Below are positions 1-13,800 of a stretch of 64,000 nt of DNA, one piece after another. Made by a program: the position numbers and the translations under genes. Each line of letters opens with the position of its first letter. The stretch's first letter is position 1. Origin of the DNA: Raillietiella orientalis (lineage: Eukaryota); assembly GCA_036172245.1 (NCBI GenBank), contig JAYWIR010000008.1, positions 4,588,001-4,652,000 of the forward strand. The letters run 5' to 3'. Below the pieces are notes generated by a model. That model had not been told where the DNA came from, did no database searches, and saw nothing but the letters and a program-made list of their open reading frames with translations.

Positions 1-806
1 AATTGACAGTGAATTCCTGAACAGGTCAAATGTTCATGCACCTTGATGTCAAATGAATTCTCTTGAACATCATTTGAAACTTTGTAGAAAATTGAAACCA
101 TGCAGATGAGCTGCATAATATTTGAATGAGCAGTCATTTCTTGGAGATGCACCATGCGAATATAATTATAATGTAATTACATTAAGTTTCTGAAAAAAAC
201 ATGCCCATTGAAACCTTGAGAAAACTACATTGTAGTTCACTGGAATTGGACAGTTCTCTAATTTCCGAAATAAAACTATTTGATTCCAGTGCTAAGTGAA
301 TGCATTCCAACAAACAAACATGATAAATCAGTTTCAAATCTTTCTCCACTTTTACTCACCCCACTATTACTTTTACAGTTCAAATAAAATTACTATTCCT
401 ATTCAAAAGGTACGAATGGAACAGAGGCAAAATTTTGTTATACAGTTTGAATGTCGAAACTTTCCTAGATAACTTCCTTACCATTATTTATCAACTGAAT
501 CAAAAAATAAACAAGTAATTCTTACTTAGGATGCCCGATTTTGGAGTTTCTTTACCCAACCACAAGAAACACTGCGATTCTCTTCAGCCGTGAAATCCCG
601 GTCTAGATTTTGCTGGGGCCTACTCTATGGAAGCTTCTAAAAACCAAAATGATTTCATATATCTTTAACGTATGTTATCAAAAACAAGTTCTTAAATTAA
701 ATTATTTTACGTGGCGTGTTTGTGTGACTGCTTGTTTAGCAAACACGTGTGACATTTGCCTAGTTTTCGGTTGAAATGGATAACTCCCTAGCAGTATATT
801 GGGAAA

Positions 807-824
807 ACACACACACACACACAC
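807..824. repeat. (AC)9 microsatellite
   Basis: Read directly from the sequence. Confidence 0.9.
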
Positions 825-1579
825 TTGAAATCCTCATCGTTTGATTACCATGTAATCTAATCGTAAGGTTTTCCTGTCGTGAGGTCTTCCTTTATAAATC
901 GAATTCGTATGGAGTTGGTTTTCCCAAAACTGAAATGGAACCTTCACACTCTTGCAGCCACAGATTTGGCACCCAACTCGAACCCCAAGGGGCGCACCCG
1001 GGGATCCCAGCCAAAATCCAGAGGAAGGGAAAACTCGGAATTCTTGAAGCAGATGCCCGGGCTGGGAAACTGAGGTGTGTGATTTATGCTTGCAGTTTAT
1101 GCCGGATGGCCGCAGGTCGAACTGCATCTGATAAGAATCTGCAAACCATGTGGTTCTTGGATTCCGTCTTCAAAGATCCGGTCCTGGGAATGATCCCACA
1201 GTTTGATTCACCTGCCCACTCGAAGGCATTTGGGAGGATAAATCTTCCCAACACTACTTTTCGGTTCTTCTGGACCATCTCCTCCATTTCTTTCAGAACG
1301 CTTTGCCGGAAAATCCTTAATCTGTAAAGCACGATGAGTGCTTTGTATGGCAGAGTTGATCTGCTAAAGATCACTGGGTGTAATTGGGTTATGTTGTTCC
1401 GATCGTTTGCGCTCGCTAACTTTGACCCAGAAAAAAAAAAAAAATTAGGGAAATCCAGATGCCTGCAATTTACTTCTCTCGAAATCATCTTATATGCTTC
1501 CTCCCCATGCCTGTTTGATCTCCGGAACATTTTCGTTACACAAAACATGCTGAATCATTTCAGGCACCACTACGTCTTC

Positions 1580-2160
1580 CACAAGGTTATGATAGGCACT
1601 TTGTCAACTCATAAAATATCCTTATTTGGCAACTGATATTTAATAGAATCACTATAATAATGCTCTTGGAAGTTTGTAGAAAAGTGTGCTTTGAAAAGTG
1701 TACTACAATACTTAAATGTTTAGAATGCTGTGGGAATATAAGATAAAAAGAATGGAAACGGATAGGGAAGTCATAGAGAGCAGGACAGCTATGGTTATGG
1801 GAGCCGTACAGCAGTAGAGTAGGAGAAATGTTATCATCATGCCAGGGGATTGGAGTGGATTTAAATCGAGGTGGTAGGTGTTTGAAAGGGCTACTATTGC
1901 AACTGTTGATTTGGAACCACAAAGGATAGAAATGGTAATAGGAGTGGGAATAATCGTTGGGGAATAGAGGTGTCTTTGGGAAACTTGGCAGAGGTTGAAA
2001 ATAGTAATATAGGGAAGGTTAGGATGTTCTTTTCGGTAGATATGGATGTAAGGGTACATGAATATGTAATATGTGATGATGATGCGTTATAGGAGGTTGA
2101 TGATGATGATGAAGTTGGTAAGTGGACTTTAACAATGTCCAGTCTCTTATTTCCTTTCAT
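1580..2160 (-). mobile_element. Highly decayed LINE apurinic-like endonuclease (APE) remnant
   Basis: Minus-strand frames give, in APE order, LDIV, IYRKEH, HLPP, LLLYGSHN (cf. LILGDFN) and HTF..SKSIIIVILLN (cf. PT...S.ID.IL.N). Strong purine skew on +. Frameshifted; motif resemblance only. Confidence 0.3.
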
Positions 2161-4725
2161 GTACACAAAATATATTACATTTCGTGTGAATTTCTTATTA
2201 CAAATAAATAAGATTAGGAAAGAAGTCTCCAAAAAATTAATACTATTTTGATCCTCGTATACTTATTTATATATAGTCTGGAAAAAGGAAAACAAGTGGG
2301 GGAAACAAGTGGAAAGAATTCAGTATCATAGTAAATTAGATGGGAAGGAAAAAAAGAATATGAATACTACGTTTTTACGTAAGCACGGTTTCTCCGCGGT
2401 AACAGCAAGTAGTTACTTTTGTAGTATTAGTCAATTTCATACGGGTAATTCTTGACCTTGCCATCTGTTTACAAAGCGTTTCTGGCAGCTCCAAATCGAC
2501 GTGGGTCGTCGGCCATTCTGTTCATTCAACAGACTCGATTCCCGTCTGCATTGGAGAAGGGTCCCAATTTCCTAAACAAGTTGCTTTTTCCAATGCTGCT
2601 GCATTTTTTTTTTCCCGTTTGGATTTGAGTGCTTCATAACTCATTTATGACGAAGTATTTCTCTTGTGTGCACTACATATGTACAGTACATACAACGAAT
2701 TGGATGCAGCCGATATCGAATCTTGTCAATAAAATTATGAAATGCTATCCTGCTGGTTGGTTTCAGCGCCGGAAAGGATGCGTCTGTGATGTGACTTCGT
2801 TGGCTTTTGTTTTCCTGACTTTGCAATAATATGGCTTTAAAAAACAGAAAATGAATATATAATATTATATGACTTATCCTGCGTTGGATGCATGCTTTGT
2901 GATACACGCACCCAGCTGAACAAATCCAGAAAGTTGCAGCGTTTCTCAAAACATATATATATTTTTTAATTGGGATCTAATCCACGATTGCTCTTTGAAA
3001 ACCGGATCAGAGATGAGACTGATGCCATTTTTCATTCAGAAAGGTTTATTTAGTGTGAAATCCCATTTCTTAAACCTGTCTTGGACTGGGAAAAAATAAT
3101 GCTTTGCCTTAATGAATCAGAACAGATGGATAGGCAAATCACTCCGCCTTTAATGTTGGCAATACGGGCTATTTTTCAAATCGTCTTTTGATGATCGAGG
3201 AGAACTCATCTTCGAAACAGTTAACATTTCGGAGTGTTGCTTTCAGTAGTTGGATTCCATTCGAGTACGGACCCGGGGTATTGCTTTCTACCTTATATTG
3301 TGATATTACAGCTCTCTTAAAAGTGTATTTCTAACGAAATGAAAAGTCCTATTTGCAAAAATCTGATTTTACCGAAAGATTTGACTCTGTAACGGTTACT
3401 GCTCTATAATCACGTGTGACGTTAATTATCCAATGTTCCATAGCATGATGGATGCAGTGTAGGTGTTTGGAAGGAATCTCCATGTAATGGATAATCATTC
3501 TATCGTTTTTAGATGAGCGAATTTTTCAGGTTTGTTTCCATTGTTGCGGTCTGTGTGTTTTGTGAGCTTGCAGGGCTCTTGTGTCGAAAAGAATAATAGC
3601 CATCCAAATGGCTAAACATGAAGTTGTACTCGAAGTGTTTGGAAAAATACGGTCTTATATTGCAGCTGATCTTCCCGAATTTCCTTTTTCCCCTCCCCCC
3701 CCCCCCCCTTTCGAAGCTCTTTCGTGTGTACTTGCCTGAGGGTGCCTGTACGGTGGGCGGTCCTCTTAGGTACATCCTTGGTTCTTATTGCATAGGAACG
3801 AGCACTGCACGTCCACATTCCGGAAGCTCCTTTGCTACTTGGCTGCTCTTCATCACTTAAGCCAAAAAATCGAGTCAAATGTGTGCAGCTGTCGCGCCTG
3901 GCCTTTCGCGTTTTCCTTTGACTTTTCTTCCCAACTTTCCGGGCTTTCCTTAAAGCATGCTCGACGAGCCGAAGCACTCCATGTCCTCAGGTGTTCCCCT
4001 TTTTTTTTTTTCTCTCTCTCTCTCTTGCAAAGTGATCTTTCCGCGTTTTTTGTGCTGCTGGGGAATGCTTTCGATCCTGGCTAAGAGTTTCCAGAGATGC
4101 TCTTTCGTGTCCCAGCACTGTGACGCGTGGGGTGCTCGAAATGCAGCTTTGGAGCAGATCAGGAATCCCGGAGGAAACACTTTGATTGAGTGTTTGAGTT
4201 GGTCGTGTTGCAACGACGGAATTCAGTCGCGGGGGATGCGTGATTTACTATGATTCAGTCGGCAAGTGTGCTGAAATGGTGAAGGCTGTGAAAAACATCT
4301 GAAAAGGGAATTCGTACTTTGCCCAGAGAAGAGAAGAATTCCGCAGGATTTTGTGGCTGCATTCCTTCTCTCATGGGGGGGGAGAGCAAGCAGCTTCCAC
4401 GAAATTAGTCAGTAGCCCGTTTAAAAACCAGGATGATTGTAAATAGGCAACTTGAAGATTTCTTTGTGTAAGCTCATGCATGGTGTGGCATTGCAAAAGG
4501 TTTGTGAATGGGATGATTAATCCCTTTTGATCAGTCATGATGCTCATTGCAGTATTCAGATTGGCCAAATTAGAATTTGAGATTTGGTTATGGGAATGCA
4601 AGGTCTGAATTCAGGATTTTTTTTTTTTTTTTTTCGTTTGACTACGGAGCATTTATTTCCAGAAAGAAATTTTTTTTTTTTTTTTTTTCAGAAAAAAATC
4701 ATTGCGGCAAAAATTCTAGAAAGCA

Positions 4726-4865
4726 ATGTTCCCGCAAATAAAATCTTTCAATAGCTTTGATCATGTGTTAAAATCAACGGAAGTTGGTCCACTGGCCTGT
4801 TCACGAACGGTCCGGGGCATTGGACAGTTGTACTGCTACTATTGGAAACCACTTACTGATATCAG
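4726..4865 (+). CDS. MGLL: MGLL-like coding exon 1
   Basis: MFPQIKSFNSFDHVLKSTEVGPLACSRTVRGIGQLYCYYWKPLTDI(R); donor AG|GTCAGA, phase 2; preceded by a poly-T/CAG acceptor ending at 4691. Not in the ORF track. Confidence 0.82.
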
Positions 4866-7800
4866 GTCAGATTTTCACTCGTTATAAGTCAGCGTTCGTG
4901 TCACATTTCACCGGCATTCATGGATGCTTGAAGCTAATTATCAATCCCCGAATTATGAATTTTCAAAAACGAACGCAATCCTAATGCGTTCACGTACGTT
5001 TGTGTAAGGTAGAGAGAGAGAGAAAGATGCCAATTCCTTACCTTTCCTTACCATGCCAATTGTGAGCTTTTTCCCGGTATCTTGTATCAACGCCGCGGAT
5101 CCAGTGGGATCTCTGAGTAGAGAACGATTGCGCCTTTACTTATTTATTGCGTGCTATTTACTGCATGCAGGGGTGACGCAGCAGCCTTGCAGGTACGCAC
5201 CCTGCTGAATGGCACTCCCTCTTGGAGCTACGCTCCCACCAGTTTCTGATGCATACGTCTTCTGCTGATCTGAAGCCATATTGTTTCTCCTTTGCTTACT
5301 TGTAATCACCTTTGCCTTCTCGGAGCTCATCTGAATGATGTCTTGCTTCCGTGCTGGAGCTCTGTGGATGCTTACTGTCTTCTTCACATTCCTCGTTTGC
5401 CCATCGCAGGAAGGGAACCAAACGGAACGGCAGGCAACACAGATCCGGTTCTATCGTGGGAGTGGTTGTGGGTACTTACGAGCTGCAGTCTCTCGAATTG
5501 GGGGTGGGGGGTGGGGAGGGAGAATTCATCCTTACTTTAGTTACGCGAGCTGGCATTTATCTGCTGCTTCCGCAGTGCTGTGAGCCAAGAAAATAGTGCC
5601 TTGAACTTGAAGATCCTTCCTTAATTCTTTTCGGCATAGAAATGGAGCTGAAGGATGACTTGGCCGACCGCTCACACTGTGAATGAGTAATTCGTTTGCA
5701 AGCATCAGGAATAGAAAATCCGTTCCAATTCATATGTTTTTTTTTTTTTTTGTTTCAAGTTTTCAAGGATCGAGTCCTTTTCGAAAATAACTTCCTACTT
5801 GGGAGGTGGTTCTCCGAATTCGATTCGATGCCATCTGCCCTCCCCGGTCTAAAGAAACGGTCTGTAAAATCGTACCAAATGGTAGTTGGCGAAAGCGTGA
5901 AAAAACTTCTGATTGCCTTTGCCAGCGTCCGGAAATTCGGAAATCGACAGAAAATTTCTTTAGATTCCATCTCATCGGGAATTCAAGCCCCTACTCCAGA
6001 ACTCCCGTGGTGAAAATAGATCCATTCCACCGGATGGAAAATAGATTCCGATTTGCTCAAATACTTACTGTTGGCCAGAGCTTTGATGGGAAAACTTGAT
6101 TCTAAAGCTTAAAAGAAAATAATCTTCAATCACGAAATCAGAAACAGTCTGAGTGTCCATTATTCAGTTCGTTTGAATTGATTTTTTTTTTTTCCTCGTC
6201 CTGAAGGTTTCCGAGAGTTCATAAATGTTTTTGTTTTTTGAATAATCAACCGCGAGATGCAAAACTCACTCTTTTCAATAGGCTTCGTTCTTCCTCGAAA
6301 GTGTGCCAATCCGGCATAAACGTACCAAAGGGTTCTTCTTCTCTATACTCATTCTCTATTCCTAAGAACCCCTTTAATGATGTCGATCACAATGCTCGAG
6401 TTCAGCTACATGGAAAACATGAAGATCTCCATAGTCCATCCACCCCCGCAGGCATCGAATCTCAAGTTCCTCGAATCCTCTCTTGCAGATTACGGCTGCT
6501 GCTCTGCAAAGTGTATTCTCGCCTGTGTTTCGCATTTGGAAAAGCTTGTACACTTCATTACATTGGAAGGTCCCATTACATCTGGTGCGTTTCCATTTTT
6601 AAAGCATCTCTCTCGGAAGCTGTCTGAGTCTCTCGGCTGTTCCAAGCATTAAAATAGCCCCGAAAAAAATTTCGTGCAGTAGCATTCTTCCTCGATACTC
6701 CTAAAAGATATTCCACGATAAGGGTACTTGGAATGATTAGGAGCAACAGAGAATTCGCATAATCGGAAATAATCTCTCGAACCATCTGGGATGCGCGAAG
6801 CAGAATCCGTGCCCTGTAGCATTCGTGGTCAGGTTCTTCTGGCGATCGCTACTTTTCCCTTCTCATATTTGATGAAATGTGTGTGAATGCTTTTCTGGAC
6901 AAATGCATGCTGCTGGAGCTCTGAGGCGCCCTTGCGATGGTTGGCACACTCTCCGAAGTGCATACATTGCGAATAGAACTCGTGCATTTTTTTTCTCGGT
7001 TCCAAATAACATCTTTGGGCTTTCTGAACACAGAGAAATCGTCTGAGTCAAGAGATTTTTTGGCTTTACTTTCCGAATCACCTTTACGTCTCTAGAAGCA
7101 TTATGGGAATGGATGAAAAATGAAAGTAAATCTGAAGTGATGCACGCGGTCCACTCGACACTGAAAACTCCTTAGAAGGCATCGTTCAAAGATGTGAAAA
7201 GACAGATCATGGCATTGCATTCGAATAAATTCACCTGGATCTGTAAGAATCTGGACTTTGGTGTTTACTCTGCAGCATCTGAAGCAGGAAAAGCTTCCAC
7301 CGTGATTATTTTTCTGAAGTTGTCGTTTCTTTTCCATCTCAGATGAGGTTTGCTTCTACTGGAAACACTTCCATTGTCTTTCTTTGTTCTGTGCATTCCT
7401 CTTAAGAGGAGCTGTATGGAGATGAGAGATGCAAAAATTCTACAGCCACAATTGGATTTTTCAACAGCATGTTTTTGCATTTCTGTAATAAAGTTCAAGA
7501 AAGTCGTAGAATTTTTCAGGATCTGTTGAAATTGGTTTCGTTTTCGTTACCATCAAGCAGTTCTAGGGTCAGGCCCAATTCATTGAGTTGCTTAGAAGAA
7601 AAAGGTCCACGGTGGATGCGAGCTATTGAATTTGTTTTCTTTTCATTTTGAAGACACACATCTGAACACTGAAGGCTGAAGGTCAGCATGTAGTGACCAC
7701 ATGCTGATCTTCATGTTTTCAAGCCAAAATATGCTTCTACCAGTTTCCATGCTACCTTCACTTTCGGTCGTTATTCCAACTCGTAATGGGTACTTGCCCC

Positions 7801-10800
7801 TCCAAAGATGGATGACTCCACATCCATCTAATTTTCACAGACATCACGAGAGTGAACTTCCATCCCTGAGGTCACTTGCAAAGTAAAACGCATGTCCCAA
7901 TACCTGGATTATGCTTGGCGTTTTGGCTGATGGAGAGTTGACGGAATGGAAGACTTGTCCAATGCTGGGCATCTGCCTTTTGCAAAACACCGAGCCAATG
8001 TTGTTTTCTCTTTCGTGTTTTGAGCGCTTACCTTCCATGCATGCTGCAACCCTGCCTCGAGACACCCAGGACGTGCTCTTTCGACAGACCGTGAAAGGTT
8101 TGGCTACCCGATTTGCTTGGAATGCCATCCTCCACTGCTCAATTCATTGCACTGCAGTGCAATAGGATAAATCCAAGGATCCTGAAAGCATCACTCGAGG
8201 AAACATCAGTCTGAACGGATTCCGTCTCGGAAAACTTCCACGATGCTTTCGAGAGACTCGACTTTCCTTCACGGAATCTTAAGAATTTGTGGAACCAAAT
8301 CCTGTGTTCCGCGCACGGTTCGTTCTCTATAGTTCGTCTTCCCTCAGGGCTCCCCTCCCCTCCTTAGCCTGAAATGGCTGCCAGGAACCTTCGTTTCCAT
8401 CCCTACAGGTGCCTTTTTCCTGTTGGCCATCTGTGCCATCTTTCCATGGAAACGCTTCGGTTGGATCATGCGGCGCTCCTTGTTTTTCGAAAACATCGGC
8501 CGTTTAAGCCTCGCACTTGAACTCTGGCGATTTTCCCTTTCCCTCTGGAAGGAAAGTGCAAGGATGTGCTTCCCTTGCCTTTTCGCACAGTCGCAACTGG
8601 GATGCTTGTTGCGAGCGGCGTGAAAAGACAAGGATAAAAAATGCGTCCACCTGGAAACCTATTCAGATCTCCGAAGGATAAAGCGTGGATTGCATTTCCG
8701 CCGCCGACTGCGGTCCCTGTCCCTATGTCCTGCTACGTCCCTCTCCAATTCGGTGAGCTTATTCGTGTTGAACACAGGCGAGTCACCGCTTGCGGAAGAG
8801 ACGGAAAGTGGTCTTTCCGTCTCCGGTTCCACTCGGATCCCTTCTGCGCTCACGTGCTTCTTCCCCTATTCCCTTTCGCTGGGAAGCTGTTCGGGTTCCG
8901 ATCCGGAAATTGGATTTCAGATCGCGCTCTTCCAGTGAGGTAACACTCCAGTTCTTGGAGCTGCCGTAACGAGTCCTGCCTTGGAATGATCGGGACGGAG
9001 GGAACGAAAAGCGAGGAAACGGAGCATGTCCCTGAAACACGAAACCATGTGGCTGACCTGTGAGCTGCTGGAGCCCGAATACCAGATGATCGGATAATCG
9101 CATATATCTCACAGAAACTACCTTGGTCCTTTCGGGATTCGACTGCAATAAGTTTAGCGAAGGAAACGTGTGCTTCCCTTCGCCATTTTGTCGCTACAGT
9201 AGATGAAGGGATCATTGCAAGATACTTCTATTTTCTTTCCAAGATATTCGGAAGTATTACCTGAAATATAAGTGCGAATTGTACACAAAGCCGCTACTGT
9301 CTTTTGCAAGGCGCTAGGGCGAAAGCGTACATAATGCACAAATGAATTTTGCATATCGGCTATACCTTTTTTTGTAGTAATTAAAAGTGAAATTTTAAGA
9401 CGATCAAGAAAGGATTTGGAAACATCCTGTGCTGTAGAAAGGTATTCTTATTTTCAGTCTTCTCATCATTATATCTATCCGTAGAGAACGCTTATTTTTT
9501 TTGTGGTCGTGAGTTCTCAATTCAATTCAGCATATTTAAGTGTATCCGACGAATTCCTTCCTCCAGAAAATTCCTGAATAATTCCAGTTTTCCTGGTGCC
9601 ACTGTCGATCACTTATGTACTTGCTGAGGATTTGAGTTTCGTTCAGTTTGCTATCTTGGAGAATGCACAGATACATAATCTGTACGAATCAAGTGTGAAT
9701 TTCGATTCTGTTTTTTTGTTTGTTTTTCCTATGCTGATTTCCAGGGCCTTAGTGTACATCTGTCATGGATTTGGGGAGCACATGCTATACTATCACGATT
9801 TAGCCCTCAGATTGGTCCGAGAACGCTTTTTGGCCTTTGGACACGACCACCGTAAGTTTTGTTCTGTTTTAACAATTATTCCTAAATTTCCATGAGAATT
9901 TCGCATATTTCACACATCATCGGCATCTCATTCGGTGCAGATTCGTTGCTTTTGTGTTTTGATGGAAGCCGACCTATTTTCTCACGACCGTACCCATGAA
10001 AGCATTACCTGTTCTCTCCACAAGTGCCGTTGCTCCACAAGTGGAAAGAAGCAGCAGCCGGCAGGGCATTTTCGCTCTTTATCACGATTCATCTGAGTCC
10101 TCGGCTAGAAAATCTTCCTCCTCGGCCTTTGCTCTGGTTAGCTGTACTGCTATACCTTTCGGGTTCAATACTCACTTGGATATGCTTTCCGCGAAAGTCA
10201 GGGATGATTTTCGCTACTTCGATCTTCATAGCCAGAGGACCAACTACTAACGCCCGAAGATTTTTTCACAAGGCGAAACTGCTCCCGCAAGCAACGGCTG
10301 CCGGATGTTGGCACTGATAGTCTGTGTCTGGAGACGGGTCACTTGGTCGTTCATGATCTTCATAGTCTTCCGCTAATTTCGACAAACCTTTCCGTGGTTT
10401 TGCCTGCTCGATGTCCGCAGTCCATTCTACCAGGAATGTAAAATCTCCAGGTCGGTTTCTTGGCTCCTTAATCCCCGTGCTTTTCTCTCAACTTCCGCGT
10501 GTCTGACCGAAATGCTGTTGCATTCAGAAATATGCAGTGAACGGTTGCATGGCAGGTGACTATAATATTTCTCGATGTTCATACCGAGGCTGCGGGATGA
10601 TCTTATCTATGGAAGTCTTTGTCATTGTAATCATTGGAATTGGAGCCTTTTTGAGGCAACGGGAAACTGCTATTCCGCTTTCATAGAGAAAGAAAACCGC
10701 TGCAGAAAAATTACGATTATAGAAAGAAAAGGAGAAAAAAAAAAAGAAGCTTCAGTGTACAAGTCTGCCATCGCACAACAGGCAAGAGTTGATCGGTTTC

Positions 10801-13800
10801 GAATGGGGCTGGTGATTAGGTTCACATACCGATGTATGCTTCCAAACTGAAAACGACAACCGCAGGCTCACTTTGCTTAGATTCAAATGCTCCCAGTGGT
10901 GCTGTGTGTTGGTTTCGTTTTCCGCAAAACTCTCTATCAAAGAGAAACCAAGAAGAAAGAGATTAGAAACCAACTGTGGACGAAGGCAGCAGCATCCTAT
11001 GGAAAATATGCTCGTAGAGGCGACGGAGTCTTTTATTTTCTTCCATTTTAACGCACTTTTTGGATCGCACTGCTGCTATGCATGTTCTCCTTGCTCCATT
11101 CTGTCTCCTCTAATCCTCCCTTATTCTTATGGGCTCCTCCAACTGTTTAACTGGTGTAAGAAATTGCACTCACAGCAGTTTCGATCTACTCTGTACTCTA
11201 AGGAATCGTGTGTCGTCTAGACGTGAAGTTAAATCAATAGAGAGCAATGGAGAGCTTTTTTTCTTCTGGAGAAATGCTACGGGAGCTACATATAAGGTGA
11301 CCATGGTGAGCATTACCTGGTCCGTGCCAGTGCGATGATTCGCTGGTCCAGAAACTCGACTCCTGAGTAGCATCGGCAATCCACGTCACTCTTCTATCTC
11401 GACCGTGCCTGCTTTTCCTCGTACGAAAGATCTGTGCTTCTCTGCGAAATTAAATAAGGACTTTTGGATCAGTCCATCCTCATTAAGCGTGACGATAGCA
11501 TGCTTTACTCTGGTGGTGCGTTCTTCCTCAAGTCCAAGAATTCGCTCCAATCCCCCTTGGTACGTTAGCATTTCGAATAGCACAGAGAAGAAGCGGCGAC
11601 GACGCTGATGGACACATCCCTTGCTTTGACCGCTGGCAGGAGGGATGTCAGGAAATGATTCCTTGTTTTGGATGTTTGTCGGACTGAACAAGGTGGTCAG
11701 CAGCAAGAACTGATGCCTTGTCCTTCGGAACGACGGTGTTCGTGAAATGCAGCTTTTACGATGTTCACGTTACACCTCTCAAGCACTCATCTCGACAAAT
11801 GGTGATCTGGAAGTCACCGTAAAAGTTAGCTTGGCGGTTTGGTCTCGACGCGTTTCGCATGGCTACCAATTCGAAAGCGTCTCACTTGGGTGACTTTCCA
11901 TCCCGCTAACGTCTCTTCCTGCAGCCCGGCCATGAATTTGGACATACCCAAAAGCGTGTGTGTCATATTGGCACGACCCACGAGTCCCGGACAAGTGATT
12001 CCATTTCGCATTCGCAGAAACGAGTAGGCAACTGTCTCCGAGCTACCACAAAAGTGGTGGCGTTTTCGTGATGATCTGGTTGCTCAGAGATTCAGCCATC
12101 TTCAACTTTAAAATCGCACCTTTAGGATTTGAGCAACAGATTCGGTCAGTTTGAAACAGATTTACGTATTTCATGTGTTGCAGCTGGCCATGGGAACAGT
12201 GTTGGATCCCGAGGAAGGGTTGACAGCGTCAGAAAATTTGCCAGCCTGGTGATCAGTCACGTCCAAGATGTCAAACGCCACTATGAAGATTTGCCAGTTT
12301 TTTTAATGGGCCACTCTATGGTAATACACATTAAACTTCACATTAATCTTACGTCAAGCATTTTTATGAAATTTGGGACCCGTCAGTTTACATGTGTGCA
12401 TAAAAAAAGAGTTCGCGCGTTTTCCATGAGAAACCTCTTTGTGGCGGATCTGTCCCTTTATTGCTGTACAATATAACGATATGCTGTAATTTTCGTGTTA
12501 CAATCACGTATTCGCGTATTCAGATTACCCGAAGTGGTCACCACCGTTTCCGAGGTCCGAAATGTTCCATCTCTCCGCACACATCCGGGAGCAAGTAGTG
12601 AATTCGCAAAACGTTTCCAAAACGGTTTTCCCTCATCTTGATTTCGTTCCCCGCCCTAGAAATCCCTGGATGTTAGCGAGGGCATATCCAAGTGAGCCCT
12701 TTATTCCACACTTCCTAAGGGGCGAGCCTCATTTGTTACCATGACCTTCTTATTTAGTACCGTGGAGGTCTCGATCATCCCTAGGAGAACCATCTAATCA
12801 GTGGTTGAGTCTAGAGAAACCACCCGAATCCGTGTACGGATGCTTCCTTCCTGTTTTCGCGGTCCACGAGCTGATGGACACACCGAGGAGGAAGGAATAC
12901 TTGTGCGCTCGGATGAGATTAATCTCGTTGGAGGATTTCCAAATCTGCCGGCTCGTCATCGTGATCGCATCTGTGAAAAATGAGCTTCTGGACATTCTCG
13001 TTGAGAGTTCCATTTTCGCCCAGTAGCTGCAACTGGAAGAGTCGGCTGTTCGTGTCCTCTCGCAATGGATTCTGGACGATCTGCACTCGGTGGCACGCAG
13101 ATTAATGAAATCTACGATTAGATGTGCAAACTTGGAAATTCGTTCTTTTTCGCTCATCCTTTCGGGCTAATTTGCATCCCCCCATCCTCCGCTCTCCTTG
13201 CATGATTCGTAACTATCAGCTGGTTTTATTTTTTCCGCTTCTCCTCTTTGCCTCCGGGCACAATTAGTGTTCACAAGATTTTGAAAGACGATTTCGTAAC
13301 TGATTTTCTCTTTCCAGGGAGGTTTGATTTCCTTGCAAATCGGATCGATCAAGCCGAAACTATTCAAGGGAATAGTATTTGTAGGGCCCTTGATCCGAGG
13401 TCCCATTACCGACTTGAATGCCTTCTATCGATTTTACATTTCCGTACTCAGTGCTGTGCTACCAGAAGTCACAGTAAGTAAAGAAAGTGCCTCGCCCGGT
13501 TTTGTTTCCTTTTCTTAGCAAAACGTTGAGTTTCTGCTGAGTTTCCACGCTTGACCATTTCCATTGAGAAATATTGAATGCCGCTACTCAATCTTTCTTA
13601 ATGATAATGATCCCTCTGCGTCTTTTGCGAACATTTTCGGGCACCAGCTTTTTCATTCGTGAATATCGGCTGGACCGTTCCCACGAAGGAGCGGAGATCT
13701 CGTGAGTGCAACGCATCAGGAAGAATCTCGACCCCTTGCTTGCGTCGGGCGTCTTGCGAGTTGATGGCGTGATTGACCCTCGAGGTGTTTGCTTCGAGCC

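Noticed and set aside
526..636. Exon-like segment on - (TTTTTAG acceptor, GTAAG donor)
   Set aside because: Stops in all three frames; could be a UTR exon of a gene left of the window, but there is no other support.
5335..5583. ORF with signal-peptide-like start inside MGLL intron 1
   Set aside because: No MGLL similarity; exon 4726..4865 already supplies the conserved YW.P segment in the right phase.
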